Shown: positions 14,916-33,100 of the stretch, piece after piece | Numbering within the stretch: position 1 is the stretch's first letter | How the letters are laid out: each line of letters opens with the position of its first letter | NCBI RefSeq assembly: GCF_009914755.1 | Contig: NC_060934.1 | DNA: 64,000 nucleotides | Reading direction: 5' to 3' (one strand) | Origin: the human T2T-CHM13v2.0 reference genome, Homo sapiens | Made by a program: the position numbers and the translations under genes | Notes under the pieces: model-generated | Told to the model about the DNA's origin: nothing | The model's database searches: none | What the model saw: only the letters and a program-made list of their open reading frames with translations

Positions 14916-15099
14916 ACACTAACAATACTGCTTCCAAAGTAGCATTTTCTATTTATATATTCTTGTTATTGAGGCTGTTATTAATATTATGTCCACATTG
15001 AGAGAAGTAGACAATGGATGTTTGGAAAATAACTACTAAAACACATTAAGTGCCTACAATTTACCCATACTATGCTAAGCACTCACTATTCAAGGACAT

Positions 15100-15770
15100 A
15101 AAAACATATGTATAAATGTGAACAAGAGACAAATCCCCCATTCAGAATAATTCCAAATAATTTAGGTAGATACTTTGCCTTCAGGGAGGTAGAACACATC
15201 TCCTTACTGCTTGAATATAAACTGTATAAAGTGATTTCCTTCCAAAGAATACAGTATGGAAGTGGGTGGGGAGCAAGTAACTACAATGAAGAAATTTGAC
15301 AAACAGTAACTTAGCTAGCTGTCTGAGGTCACCACCAACAGTATGAAATCATGTTAACTGTATAAACTCAAACCCCAGTCAACTCATGAGGAAAACAGAC
15401 AAATCCCCAATCCTCGAAACTGTCAAGGCATCAAAATCAAAAAAAGCCTGAGAAATTATCACAGCAAAGAGAAGCCAAAGAAGATATGACAACTAAATGC
15501 TATATGGTAGATTCTGGAACAACCACCACAAAAAAAAAGACATAAGGTAAAAACTAAAGAAACATGGAAAAAATATGGATTTTAGTTAATAATAATATAT
15601 CAGTATTGGTTCATTGATTGTAGCAAATGTACCATACTAATGTAAGATATTAATAATAAGATGAGCTGGGTGCAGGATATATGGGAACTCACTTATGGTA
15701 TATTAGTAATTTTTCTGTACATCTAAAATAGCTCCAAAAAGTAAAGTTTATTTTAGAAAGAAAAAAAAAG
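15100..15770 (+). mobile_element. L1MC-type 3' UTR fragment with A-rich tail
   Basis: gactaaatg/caactaaatg-type, cagtattggttcattgattgtagcaaatgtaccatactaatgtaagat and atatgggaactc motifs typical of L1MC 3' ends. Confidence 0.8.
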
Positions 15771-15895
15771 AGAAGAGCTTGGCTCACGAGGAACTCCCAA
15801 TGTAATGTGGAAGATGAACAAGTAATTAAATTATAAATTGTAATGCAGTGCAGTGTATGTAACAACGGAAACATGTAAAATGTACAGAGCCTACA

Positions 15896-16115
15896 AAGAA
15901 CACAGGATTAACACTGTTGTTGTGGGTGGTAAAACAAGGCTTTATGAGAGAGGCATTGCCTGAGCTGCAGTTTTTAGGAATGAATCAGGAGGAAGGGAAG
16001 GCAAGAACACAGAGGGCTTAACACTATTGTTGTGGGTGGTAAAACAAGGCTTTATGACAGAGGCATTGCCTGAGCTGCAGTTTTTAGGAATGAATCAAGA
16101 GGAAGGGAAGGCAAG
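15896..16115. repeat. Two-copy ~110-bp tandem duplication inside a probable L2 fragment
   Basis: 15911-16005 and 16021-16115 differ at only 3 of 95 positions. Confidence 0.95.
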
Positions 16116-17134
16116 CCTCCCAAACTGAAGGGATGCCTAGGTAAAGACTTGGAAATTATTGAACTGTTTGGTGTTGTCAGGGCACTACGTGTTAGGGAAT
16201 GAAATGGCAAGATAGGAGACTAAAGAGGAGTGATGAATCAGATCAGAAAGGACCTGACCTGTAGCTAGACCAAGGACTGGACCCCTCTTAGACAGAAGGA
16301 AGTTGAGCCTTTCAAAGCTATTTTCAAACAGAGATCTGGAAGAGCTAAGCAGCAGGAAACACTGCTAACAGGAATATCATTCCCTTTAAATTAAAATGCC
16401 TGTCATTCCTCACTGCCATAAATGACAGCTGGAACATACTGGACCTGACCTACTTTTGATTCCATATGTCTGCTAATGCCATTGGGCTCAATCTATTGCT
16501 GGGTAATAGGCTCTTGCTAGGGAAAGATTTATAACTGGAGAAAAAAACTTAACATTAGTCAGAAGGAATCTCCCGGAATGGACAGAACAAATATCAAAAG
16601 GACCCAGTCCTTTAGACTTGGCCTGGATGACCATGTGTGCCATTCACATAACTGTGCAGTCCATGTGAATCAGCACCAAGTCACTGAGGGTGGAGAAGTG
16701 GCGGACATTCGGCTAGGGGAAAGGGCTGTAAATGCACTTTTACAATCAGCTAGAATTGACAGAAATGCCCTGGGAATTGGGCTCCAAACTGAACACAAAC
16801 CAGCCACCCAGAAAGGCTATTAAGAATACAATTCTCTTCCATCATGCAGAAATACAAGCATACTATCACATTAAGAACAGTAGGGTGGGTCAAGGATTTG
16901 ATTGTGCAGATTGAAATACCAGTTAATAAAATAAATGCAGATAAGAATTTGTCCAATCAACACTTTTAGTTATCAGAATGATGCGGACAGACAGGGTTGT
17001 TAGATGTCCCACAATGCCTGGGACAGCCCTATCCAACAAACAATTGTCTTGCATTCCATATGCCTTTTTCCCCCCTAATTTTTTATTGTAATAAAATACA
17101 CATAACATAAAAATTTACTATATTAACCATTTTT

Positions 17135-21850
<4,716 letters not shown>

Positions 21851-22299
21851 TTATATCTTAACCATTTTTAAGTACACAGTTCAGTGGCATTAAGCACCTT
21901 CATATTGTTGGGCAACCGTTACCACTATCCATCTTTAGATCTCTTTTTATCTTACAAAATTGAAACTTTATACTAATTAAATGATAGCCTCTCATTCTAC
22001 TCTCCTCCCAGCCCATGGCAACTACCATTCTACTTTCTGTCTCTATAATTTTGAGTTCTCTACGTACGTCATATGGGTAGTATCATACCATATTTATCTT
22101 TTTGTGACTAGCTTATTTCACTTAGCATAAAATCCTAACAGTTCATCCATGTTGTAACATGTGTCGGAATTGTCTTCCTATATTTATAAGACAAAATGAT
22201 AATCCATTGTATTATATACAACATTTTGCTTTTCTATTCATCTGTTGATGGACGATTGGGTTGCTTCTATATTTTAGCTATTGCAAATAATGATGCTAA

Positions 22300-23092
22300 G
22301 CTACTGTGTTTGTGTGTTAGTTTTTCACAAAAAAAAGTTTAAAAAGAAAAAAAAATAAAAATAGGATAAGCTTAAAAAATAAGGATAAAAAGAAAGAAAA
22401 TATTTTTGCACAGCTGTACAATATGTTTTTGTTTTAAGCTGTGCTATTATAAGAAGTCAAAAAGTTTTTTAAAAATTAAAAGTTTATAAAGAAAAAAGGT
22501 ACAGTAAGCTAAGGTTAATTTATTATTGAAGAAAGAAAAATATTTTATACAATTTTAGTGTATCTAAGTGTACAGTGTTTATAAAGTCTACAGTAGTGTA
22601 CAGTAATATGCTAGGCCTTCACATTCACTCACCACTCACTCATTCACTCACCCAGAGCAATTTCCAGTCCTGCAAGCTCCGTTCATGGTAAGGCCTACAC
22701 AGAGTCAAGATTATTAGTATCACTGTCTTCTACTTCTGCATCTTTTCCTACTGGAAGGTCTCCAGGGACAGTAATAGAAATGGAGCTGTCATCTCCTGTG
22801 TTATCATGCTGGAAAGCCTTCTAATTTTTAATTATTTAATTTTTTTTGAGACAGGGTTTTGCTGTGACACTCAGGCTGGAGCGCAGTTGCACAATCATGA
22901 TAGCAATGCCTTGTTTTGGAATACCTCTTGAAGGAACTACTTGAGGCTATTTTACAGTTAACTATAATAATGATAAGTATAGCACAGTATATACTAATCA
23001 ATAGGAATTTTTCAGCTCCATTGTAATCTTATAGGATCACCATAATATGCAGTTTGTCATTGACCAAAATGTCATTATGCAGCACATGACTG
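22300..23092. mobile_element. Tigger3-type (TcMar) DNA transposon fragment containing a ~75-nt Alu 3' fragment (-, ~22825-22900)
   Basis: cacattcactcaccactcactca..cccagagcaa internal motif; terminal ttgaccaaaatgtcattatgcagcacatgactg followed by TA. Confidence 0.85.
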
Positions 23093-23474
23093 TATTTAAT
23101 TTATATATGCACAACCACTAGTTGTTTATATACAAAAGTACACAAAAGTTAACTATTTGTATATCAAACCAAATATTCTTTATTACATGATTAACATAAA
23201 ATGAATATAAAATATCCAGGAAAACACATTTAGAAAGAGCACAAGTTTTATCTTATGATAGTTCTTAAAACATGGTAGCAAGAACTTGGTTCTTCAGTTC
23301 TGCTACTAATTAACTCTATGAACTCTGTAAGACACAGTAAGGTTTTTAATAAGCTAAAGGATCAGAAAAACCTAGATTTTTAAATTATGGTGTAGCAGGG
23401 CATTGATTTGCACAATGCTGCAATACAACTGAGATTTGCAATAACAACAAACAAATCAGATCTACTTTTCCCAG

Positions 23475-23546
23475 GTCTGATTTCATCTTTATGAGGCTCC
23501 CATTTCTACCAGTGTTGGAAAAAATACTTAAATTTGACAATTTAAG
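23475..23546 (+). other. Candidate 72-nt exon (unverified)
   Basis: Acceptor tctacttttcccag|G and donor AAG|gtaagt; one open frame (SDFIFMRLPFLPVLEKILKFDNL), not recognised. Confidence 0.25.
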
Positions 23547-23754
23547 GTAAGTAAGTCTCAGATTTTTAAAAGCTTCCTTCAGACAAAGAGATGATTGTGA
23601 CACCCCCATGAATAAGAGTGGTCTATCTACAGAGAAGAAAGAAGATCATGATTTAAGGGACGTGAGAGGACTGCAGCATTTTGCTAAGACAGATGTAAGG
23701 ATGCATGGGCCTAGTGGGCTAGAAATGGCTCCGTGTGTCAGTCAGTGAAGACAG

Positions 23755-24155
23755 TGAGGTAGAAGGGGGGACTTGACTCCAGAGGTGGGAATTCGAATAC
23801 TGGACCAGATTGAGGACTAGCTAATACAGGACCAGGGTAGAAGCAGTTCTACATTAGACACGCCCACCAGTGTGCTGTGTTGGTTCACCATTGCCATAGC
23901 AACACCAAGAAGTTACCATCCCTTTCCATGGCAACTATCCCATGGCCTGGAAGTTTCCACTTGTATCCTAGAAATTTCTGCATGAACTGCCCTTTAATTT
24001 GCATATAATTAAAAGTGGGTATAAATATGTCAGCAGAACTGCTTCTGAGCTGCCACTCTGGACACACTGCCTGTATGGTAGCCCTGCTCGAAAAGGAGCA
24101 GTACCACTGCTACTGCTGTACACTACCACTTCAATATAAGTTGCTGTCTAAAACC
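23755..24155 (+). mobile_element. MER41-family (ERV1) LTR, 3'-truncated
   Basis: tgagg..gggacttgactccagagg..gattgaggactagctaa..acacgcccaccagtg..ccatggcaac..gtataaata; similarity stops just after the poly(A) signal region. Confidence 0.75.
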
Positions 24156-24559
24156 TAAATAAATAAAAAGCCTCTTTCAATGTAACAAAATATTTTGAAT
24201 AGTCAATTCAAAGTTCTAACTCCTCAAGAGAAGTTTTGCCCGTTTTCCCCAGTTTCAAAATTCTCTACATTCCCTTCTTATTTACAGGATAGTATCTGAA
24301 TAGAGGAGAAATTAACACACATCCTTGCCTTAGTAGGGCTAGACTATCCAGTCTACCTGTTTTTCTTACCTCACATTTCTAGAATGCAAGTGCAGTTGGT
24401 ACAGGCAAGCTCTTAGGCACCCTCTACTGGCGTCTGCAGAGATCCAGCTAATGTTGATGTTTGCTCCTAAATCTTCTAGATATAGTGGTCAAAAGAGTTC
24501 AGGAAATAAATGCCCAGGAAAGCACAAGAGAGACTATCTTCAGCCATGATGATCAGAAA

Positions 24560-25051
24560 ACTACACCCATGATTTCAATGGCCATCTGTAGGTAGATGAC
24601 TCACCATGTTTTATCTCCAGTCCAGGTGACTCCTTGAGCATATGCAGCCAAATACTACTTCACATTTCCTTTATGGTGTCTAAAAGACACCCCAAATTGA
24701 GTATATTCTGCTAAATTTATAATCTTAATCCCCCTAAACTGTGTTTCTTCTGGTGTTCCTTAAATCAATAAGTGAATCTACCATAAACCCAGCTATTCAA
24801 ACTAGAAATTTAGAGTTCATCCTTAAAAGTTCCTCTCCCTCAGCCTGTCTATATAATTAATCATGTCCTATTACTTCAACCTTCTAAATACCTCACAAAT
24901 ATGCTCCTTCTCTCTCTCTCTGCTGCCACCAACCTAATTCAACCACCATTGTCTCTTCAACTGGTTTACCTACATCCACTCTGGCCTTCTTCCAATCCAT
25001 TCTTTCCACCTCAGCCAGAGAGATGTTTGTTAAGTGAACACAATGCCATCA

Positions 25052-25085
<34 letters not shown>

Positions 25086-25745
25086 CCCTCTTAACACTCT
25101 TAGTTGGCTTCCTGTAACTCTAAAGTAAAGACCAAAATCTTTAAGTGTCTCTCAGAGTCCTGTGTCATCGAGTCTCCACTTGCCTTGCAGCTTCCCCTCA
25201 CACACTCTCCCTTATTTTCTGAGCTCTGGCAACACTAATCTGATTTCAGTCTGTTAATCTGAAGAATTCCTTCTGACACAGGGGCTTGCCATATGCTAGT
25301 TTCTCTGTTTTAAAGGCTCCTCTCCCAACTTAATTCTCCTTTGCTTGGCTAATAGAAACTCTTCTTTCTGATCTCACCTTATCACCATTTCCTTGGGAAG
25401 ACTTTTCTAATCTTGCTAACAATGTAAAATCCTCTTATCATATGTACTTCTTGGTTTTTACATTACATGTGTATATGTGATTTTTTTTACTAATGGATAG
25501 CTTTCTCACTACATTATAAACTGAATGAGAGCAGAAACTATGTTTTTGTTTGCCATTTTATGGGTGGCACTCAGAACAATGCATGGCACATAATAAGGTG
25601 ACATATATGTATATGTGTGCATATATACATATATACACATACATATATACACACACATATGTATACATATATACACACATATATACATATATATACACAC
25701 ATATATAAACACACTTACATATATTCATTGAAAACATAATGAATA
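24560..25745 (+). mobile_element. L2 3' region with embedded (CA)n (25052-25084) and (TACA)n (25602-25722)
   Basis: Pyrimidine-rich L2 motifs (catgatttcaatggccatctgtaggtagatgactc; cagaacaatgcatggcacata). Confidence 0.75.
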
Positions 25746-25836
25746 TAATTCACCCAGAAATTATTTGGAGATTATATTTTTAAAATGCAGGTATTGATGT
25801 TTGTTGTGTTAACCCTCAATAAAGTAAGTTATTTAA

Positions 25837-26139
<303 letters not shown>

Positions 26140-26407
26140 TCAGACGAGAGAATTTGATTTCAGTCTATACCACTTATTAGCCAAGAAAACGTCAGATAAT
26201 CATTTAAATCAGCAGCAGCGTTGTTATGCTATTACCTGTTTTCAATCACAATGCTGCAGATAAACTGTCAAGTATTATATAAATGTAAGGCATTATGATT
26301 TATCAGCAAAATTTAAAAGCTTTTTCTATAAAAGCCACAAAAAATACATAAAACATGACTAAAGCTAGGACAAAAAGCCTTACAGTTTTCCTCACAAACT
26401 TTAATTC

Positions 26408-26983
26408 TATATTAGTGTATTAGGGTTCTCTAAAAAGAGAACCAATAGAATATATAGAAGGTAGATATAGGAGAGGTGATTTATTAGGGGAATTGGCTCT
26501 CAAAATTATGGAGGCTAAGAAGTCCCATGATAGACCATCTACAAGCTAGAGAACCAGGGAAGCTAGTAATATGGCCCCATCAAGTCCAAAGGCATAAGAA
26601 CAAGGGAAGCCCATGGTGTAACCCTCAGTCTGAGGCTCAAGGCCCAAGAACCTGGGAGCCACTGGTGTAAGTCCCAGAGTCCAAAGGCCAAAGAACCTGG
26701 AGTTCTGATATCCTAGGATGGCAAAAGAAGGGTGTCTCAGTTCCAGAAGAGAAAGAGAGTGCAAATTCACCTTTCCACTGCCTTTTTGTTCTACGTGGAA
26801 CCCTGGCTGATTAGATGGTCCCCACCCATATTGAGTGAAGTGGCTTTTCCTTACTTAGTCCGTTGATTCAAATGCCAGTCTCTTCCAGAAACACACTCAC
26901 AGATACATCCAGAAATAATGCTTTACCAGATATCTGGGTCTCTCTTAATCCAGTCAAACTGACACCTAAAATTAACCACCACA
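26408..26983 (-). mobile_element. MLT2 3' LTR of an ERV-L provirus
   Basis: MLT2 termini (gtattagggttctc..gaaccaatag; gacacctaaaattaaccaccaca) directly abutting ERV-L internal sequence. Confidence 0.9.
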
Positions 26984-29900
26984 ATGCCAAACCCAGTCAA
27001 CTTGCCACCCATTTGCATCTTCTTAAACCACATTGAGTCTCCAAATAAAGATAATAACAAGGTCATAGTTCAATCTAACAAGATACAACTAACCTGTATA
27101 CGACCAAAAATGCACTTATCCCTTCTCCAGAAGAGGAAGTGAAGTCCCTGAGTGATGTTTACTCTTCTCCTAATATCCCATAACTTAAGTACTGTGATGC
27201 AAAATTAATAATACTTAAATACTGATATGAACTCATTACATCTTATGTTACATGATAAAAGAATAAGAAAGGAACAAAATCAAAGATATTTGCTTGATAT
27301 ATGTATATATAGGCACAAACATATTTTAACAGAATAAGGAGGAAATACTCATGGCAATTATAGCCTGTTTTTTTAATTGCTCATGTGGTCACTACTTGTA
27401 TTTATAACAACCTTCTACTACTGATTCTATATTCCCTTTGCCTTCAGCAAGCACCTCAGCTGGTGCTTTTTATATGGCGGAGTTACCCAAACCTTCATTC
27501 CTGAAAGGTGTGGGTCATTCATAGACCTATTTAGATTGGGTTATCGTGGTTTCATTGACCATAGTCACAGGGGATGGTAATACTAAGAGAAACCCTAAGG
27601 GATCTCTTGTATTGCAGACATACTCTTCCTTACCTCCATTATGGAGTAGTAGTCCAATTCCCTCTTGGTATTCTGGATCAATTACCCCAGCCAACACCAT
27701 AACTCCCCTCCATATCCTGTTGACTCAGAGGCATCAGAAGCCCAATATAGCCAGGTGGCAATCTTAACTGCCAATTCAACGGAATCATTGTGTCTCCCAG
27801 TGGAAGTTCTACTCCCTCTAGAATTAAGACCTCTAGTCCAGCAGAGCATACTTACTGAAACAGGAATCAAAAATGTTGCTAGGGGGTCACTAGGGGTAAT
27901 GGTGACTGATGCCACTCCCATTTCCACCCCGTGATTCCTGGACCCATGAATCCTGGCTATAGGAGAAACAGTATCATATATTAGACACTGATTCAGAGTT
28001 TTTACAGCCTCTGAACAACATTGCCCCAGCTCAGCAAAGTATTTCATCAAGCTGGCACTGTAACAGTCTTCAAAAAACCATCCCATTGTCTTATTAAACC
28101 AGCTACTTTAGGATAATGGAAAACTTGCTAAGATCAGGGAATTCCATGAGCACGAACCCATTGCCATGCTTCTTTGCCTGTGAAGTGAGTTTCCAGGTCA
28201 GAAGTGATGCTGCTCTGTGGAGTACCATGATGCTGAACAAGGTATGTTTAAGTTCATTAATGATAGTTCTGTAAGTTCATGAATGGTAGTTTTGGTAGAA
28301 GCATTGCATGCATAGAAGGCGTATCCAGAGTGTCTATTCTAATAAAGAAAAACACAGCCCTTTCTATGATGGAGGTAGTTCAATGTAATCAAGCTGCAAC
28401 CAGGTAGCCATGTTATCACCCTGGGGAATGGTTTCATAGTGGGGGCTCAATGTTGATCTCAGCTGCCGGCAGATTGGGTACTCAGAAGTTGCTAGAGCCA
28501 GGCCAGCCTTTGTGGTGGAAGTCCACCTTGCTGAGCTCATTAAAAGCTTCAGTCTCTGCCACCATGGCCACTTTGTTCATGAGCTCACTGGGCAATAATG
28601 GAGAGTAGATGGGGAAGGAGGCTGACTGGTATTGACAAAATGGGTCATTCTATCTACTGGATTATTAAAGTCCTCCTCTTCTGAAGCTACCCTTTGGGGA
28701 GCATTCATCTAAGACAGAAATATCTTCATATGCTTTGCCTATTCGGAGAGGTATATCCACATACATCTTTCACATATTTCTTTGTCACCAATTTTCCAAT
28801 TATGTTCCTTCCAAATCTCTGACTATCATGCCAAACCATTGGCTACAGTCCATAAATGAGAATATAATAATCGTATCTGGCCATTTTTCCTTCCAACAAA
28901 GTGCAAAAGCTGGTGGACTTACCAAAGATCTGCCCACTGGGAAGACTTCCCTTCACCACTGTCTTTCAGGGATGTCCCAGAAAGGAGGGGATAGTGCTGC
29001 AGCTGTCCGCTTTTGGATTGTACCTGCATATCGTGCAGAATCATCTGTAAACCAGGCCCTAGTCTTCTCTTCCTCTCTCAACTTATCATAAGGTACTCTC
29101 CATGAGGCCACAGGTGTAGGCTAGGAGAGAGAAGGTCTTGTAGCAGAACAAACCATCAGCATTTGGGGCCACTTCCTTATTTAACTTACTTGTAACTTCA
29201 TGACCTGTTCAGGCTGGATCATGTACATACTACTTCCATTTGACGATGGTGCTGCTGTGCATGTCCAACTTTATGACTTGATGAGTCACAGAACACCAAA
29301 TTCATGATGGGCAGCTCAGGTCATAGGGTAACTTGGTGGCCCATGGTCAAGTGTTCAGTTTCTACTAAGGCCCAGTAGCAGACCAAGAGCTATCTCTCAA
29401 AAGGAAAATAGTTATCTATGGATAAAGGCAGGACATTGCTTCAAACTCCTAAAGACCCACAGTGTTATCCACCTATGGGGGCCTGTCAACTGCATCCCTA
29501 CCTGCCTCTGACACTTCAAGCACCACTGGATCTCATGAATGACATGGTTCAAGTGGCAGAGAAGCCACAGTAACCTAAACCTGCTGCAGAGCCTCCCCTT
29601 GTTCTGGGCCCCACTCAAAATTAGCAGCTTTTTAGGTCAATTGGTAAGTGGGCCAGAGTAGTGCACCCAAATGAGCAATGTGTTGCCGCTCAAATCCAAA
29701 TTGGTTCACTAGGTGTTGTGTCTCTTTCTTGGTTGTAAAAGAGGCCAGATGCAACAACTGTCCTTCACCTTAAAAGGGATATTTTGACATGATCCACACC
29801 ACTGGACCCCTAGAAATTTTACGGAGAGAACAGGCCCCTGAATTTTAGTCAGATTTTTCATGGCCTGACATGCAAATATCTTCCCAATAAATCTAAAGTT

Positions 29901-30140
29901 GTTGTTATTTCTCACTCACCAAGCCTAATTAGCATAATATTGTCAATGTAATGGACCAGTGTGATATGCTGTAAAAGGGAAAGGTGATCAAGGTCCCTAC
30001 AAACTAAATTATGACATAGTGCTGGAGAGTTAATATACTCCTGAAGTAGGAAAGTGAAGGTATATTACTGGCCCTGCCAGCTGAAAGAAAACTGCTTCTA
30101 GCAAGCCTTCTAAACAGGGATGGAGTAAAAGGCATTTGAT
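26984..30140 (-). mobile_element. Decayed ERV-L internal region: RT, RNase H, integrase, dUTPase; no env
   Basis: Minus-strand translations: [10 protein letters not shown] (RT YIDD site, ~29930-29959), KIQGPVLSVKFLGVQW, AWFTDDSARYAG (RNase H, ~29025-29060), VSPIARIHGSRNHGVEMG (IN C-terminus), VLAGVIDPEYQEGIG (dUTPase motif 3, ~27653-27697). Confidence 0.93.
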
Positions 30141-33100
30141 AGTTGGTTCCAAAATTGTGGTGTAGATACAAGCTGGCTTCTCTCCCCTACCTCAGAGGAC
30201 AAAAAACAAATATACTACGATTATCACCAGTGATATTTCAGAACTCAAATATGAGCCAGAGACAGGTATCAGACCACAGTGAACTGAAAAAAATTCTGAG
30301 CAGACTGTAAGAGAATGAGCCTTTCATATCTGCAATGCCCCTCTCCCCAATCTGCCTAGCACCAAATGCCCAGAAAATTTCTCTCTGACTCACATTTTCT
30401 ACACTGGAAAAGGTGAGATCAAGGAGGACAACTAGCTTGCCCACCATCTTGGGATCCCTGGCAGGATATCTGTCTCTGTCTCAAACTGCAAGATGGATCA
30501 GGAGGGCCTGAAGGGAGAAATATCTCTGAGGACAGCCAAAGACAAAGGGTGGAGGTGAAATTACCATTCCCAGTTCTGGAATCTGAAACAACCATTCCCA
30601 GCTCTGGAATCTCTGCTCTGTAACAGCCAAAGGAGATGCCATATCACAGTGGCTGCTCAGGAGCACCACCTGTGGGTGGTTCACTCCACAATCCCCCTGG
30701 GCACAAACCCTTAGCCAGTGTTCCCTCACTACCAGGATATCCCCTGTGGGATATTCCCCATTCAGGATGGGCACCACTCTGATTGCTTACTAGAACCAAG
30801 GCAAACCAGGGTTTAAGGCATCATTTAGTGCTAAAAAGGGGGCAGTGACCTAGAAGGGGAAAAAAATCAACAGCTAAATTACGAAGAATCTCTAAGCAAA
30901 CACATCCAATAAAAACCAAAAAGAGCCAGACAGAGAAGACTGAAATAAATAGTTAATCCTTCCATGCAATGTTATACATGTACATCCACAGGGAACAACA
31001 GCAAAAATGGGAGCCATTGACCAAACAAACAAAGCAAGGAACCAGTGAGTGACCCTAATGAGATGGGATATGTGAACTCTTGGACCAATAATTCAAAATA
31101 GCAATTTTATGGAAATTTAGTAATCTCAAAGGTAAGACAGAAAAGTAATTCAGAAATTTATTATCAGAGAAATTTAACAGAGATTGAAATAATTTTTTAA
31201 ATGAAACAGAAATCTCATAACTGAGAAATACATTAGCTAAACTACAGAAGTTATTATAGGTAGACCAGTAACAGAATGGATCAGTGAAAGAGGAATCACA
31301 GAGGAAAGAATCAGTGAGCTCAAAGACAAGCTATTTAAAAACACATAGTCAGAGGAGAAAAACAGAAAACAGAATGAAAAGAAATGAAGATCGCCTATTA
31401 GACATAGAAAATTACCTCAAAAAAAGAAATTTAATTATTGGCGTTCAAGAGGAAATAGAGCAAGAGCAAGGGTAGAAAGATTATTCAAAGAAATAACAAT
31501 AGAAAACTTTTCAAAACTTGAGAAAGAGATAAATATCCAGGTACAGAAAGGTGAGAACACCAAACAGATTCAACCCAAATAAGGCTATCCCAAGGCATAT
31601 AATAATTAAATTCTCAAAGGTCAAGGACAAAGAGAAGGTTCTAAAAGCAAAAAGAAAAGAAAAGAACCAAGCATCATGTAAAGGAGCTCCAATTTTTCTG
31701 GCAACAGACTGCTCAATGGAAATGATACAGGCCTGGAGAAAATAGAATGACATTTTCAAAGTACTGAAAGAAAGAAAAAACTGCCATTCAGGAATACTAT
31801 ATCCAGCAAGTTATTTTTTAACTATGAAGAAAAAATAAAATCTTTCTCAGACAAACAAAAGCTGAGAGAATTTACCACCACCAGATCTATCTTACAAGAA
31901 ATGATAAAGACAGTTCTTCAATCTAAAAGTAACAGTCACTACCATGCACAAGGAAAACATTTGAAGGTAGAAAACCCACCAGTAAATTAAGTACATGAAA
32001 AGCCCAAGACATTCTAATACCATAATTGTGATGTGCAATCCACTAATAACTCCATGAAGCCAAAAAAGACAAATTTATCAAAAACAACAATAGCTAGTGC
32101 AACTTGTTAAGAAATAAGCAATATAAAAATTTGTAAATTGAAACAACATAAAGTCAAGATGTGAAGGGAATGAAGTTTAAAAACAAAAGAAAAATTCTAC
32201 ACTTTGTTTGTTTTTATTCTTTCCTTTGTGATCTAAGATAAGTTGTCATATCTTTAAAATAATTTGTTAGACCAAATGGATATAATACTTATTTACAGAA
32301 CATTTCATCCAGCAGCTGCGGAATACACATTCTTTTCCTCAGCCCGTGGATTACTCTCAAGGATAGACTACATATTAGGTCACTAAAGAAGTCTTAAAAC
32401 TTTCAAAAAATTGAAATAATGTCAAGCATGTTCTCTGACTACAATGGAATAAAACTAGAAATTAATAAAAGAGGAATTTTGGAAACTATACAAATACATG
32501 AAAATTAAACAACATGCTCCTGAATGGCCAATAGGTCAATGAAGAAATTAAGAAGGAAATTGAAAAATTTCTTGAAACAAATGATAATGGGAACACTGCA
32601 TAACAAAACCTATGGAATACAGCAAAAGTAGTACTAAGAGGGAAGAATATAGCTATAAATGCCAACATCAAAAAAGGGAAAAAAAAACTTCAAATAAACA
32701 ATCTAACGATTCAACTTAAAAAACCAAGACAGCAAGAACCAAACCCAAAATTAAAAGAAAATAAGTACTAAAGATCAGAGCAGAAATAAATGAAATTGAA
32801 ATAAAAAAATACAAAAGATCAATGAAACAAAAAGTGGGTTTCTTGAAAAGTTAAAACTGACAAACTTTTAGCCAGATCAAAAAAAAAAAAAAAAAAAAGA
32901 GAAGAGACATATAAAATCAGAAATGAAAAAGGAGACATTACAACTGATACTACAGAAATTCAAAGGATTGTTAGTGGCTTCTGTAACCAACTATTTGCCG
33001 ATAAACTGGAATAAAGAGAAGAAATAGACAAATTCCTAGACATATATGTATTAGTCCATTCTCACACTGCTATAAAGAAATAACTGAGACTGGGTAATTT

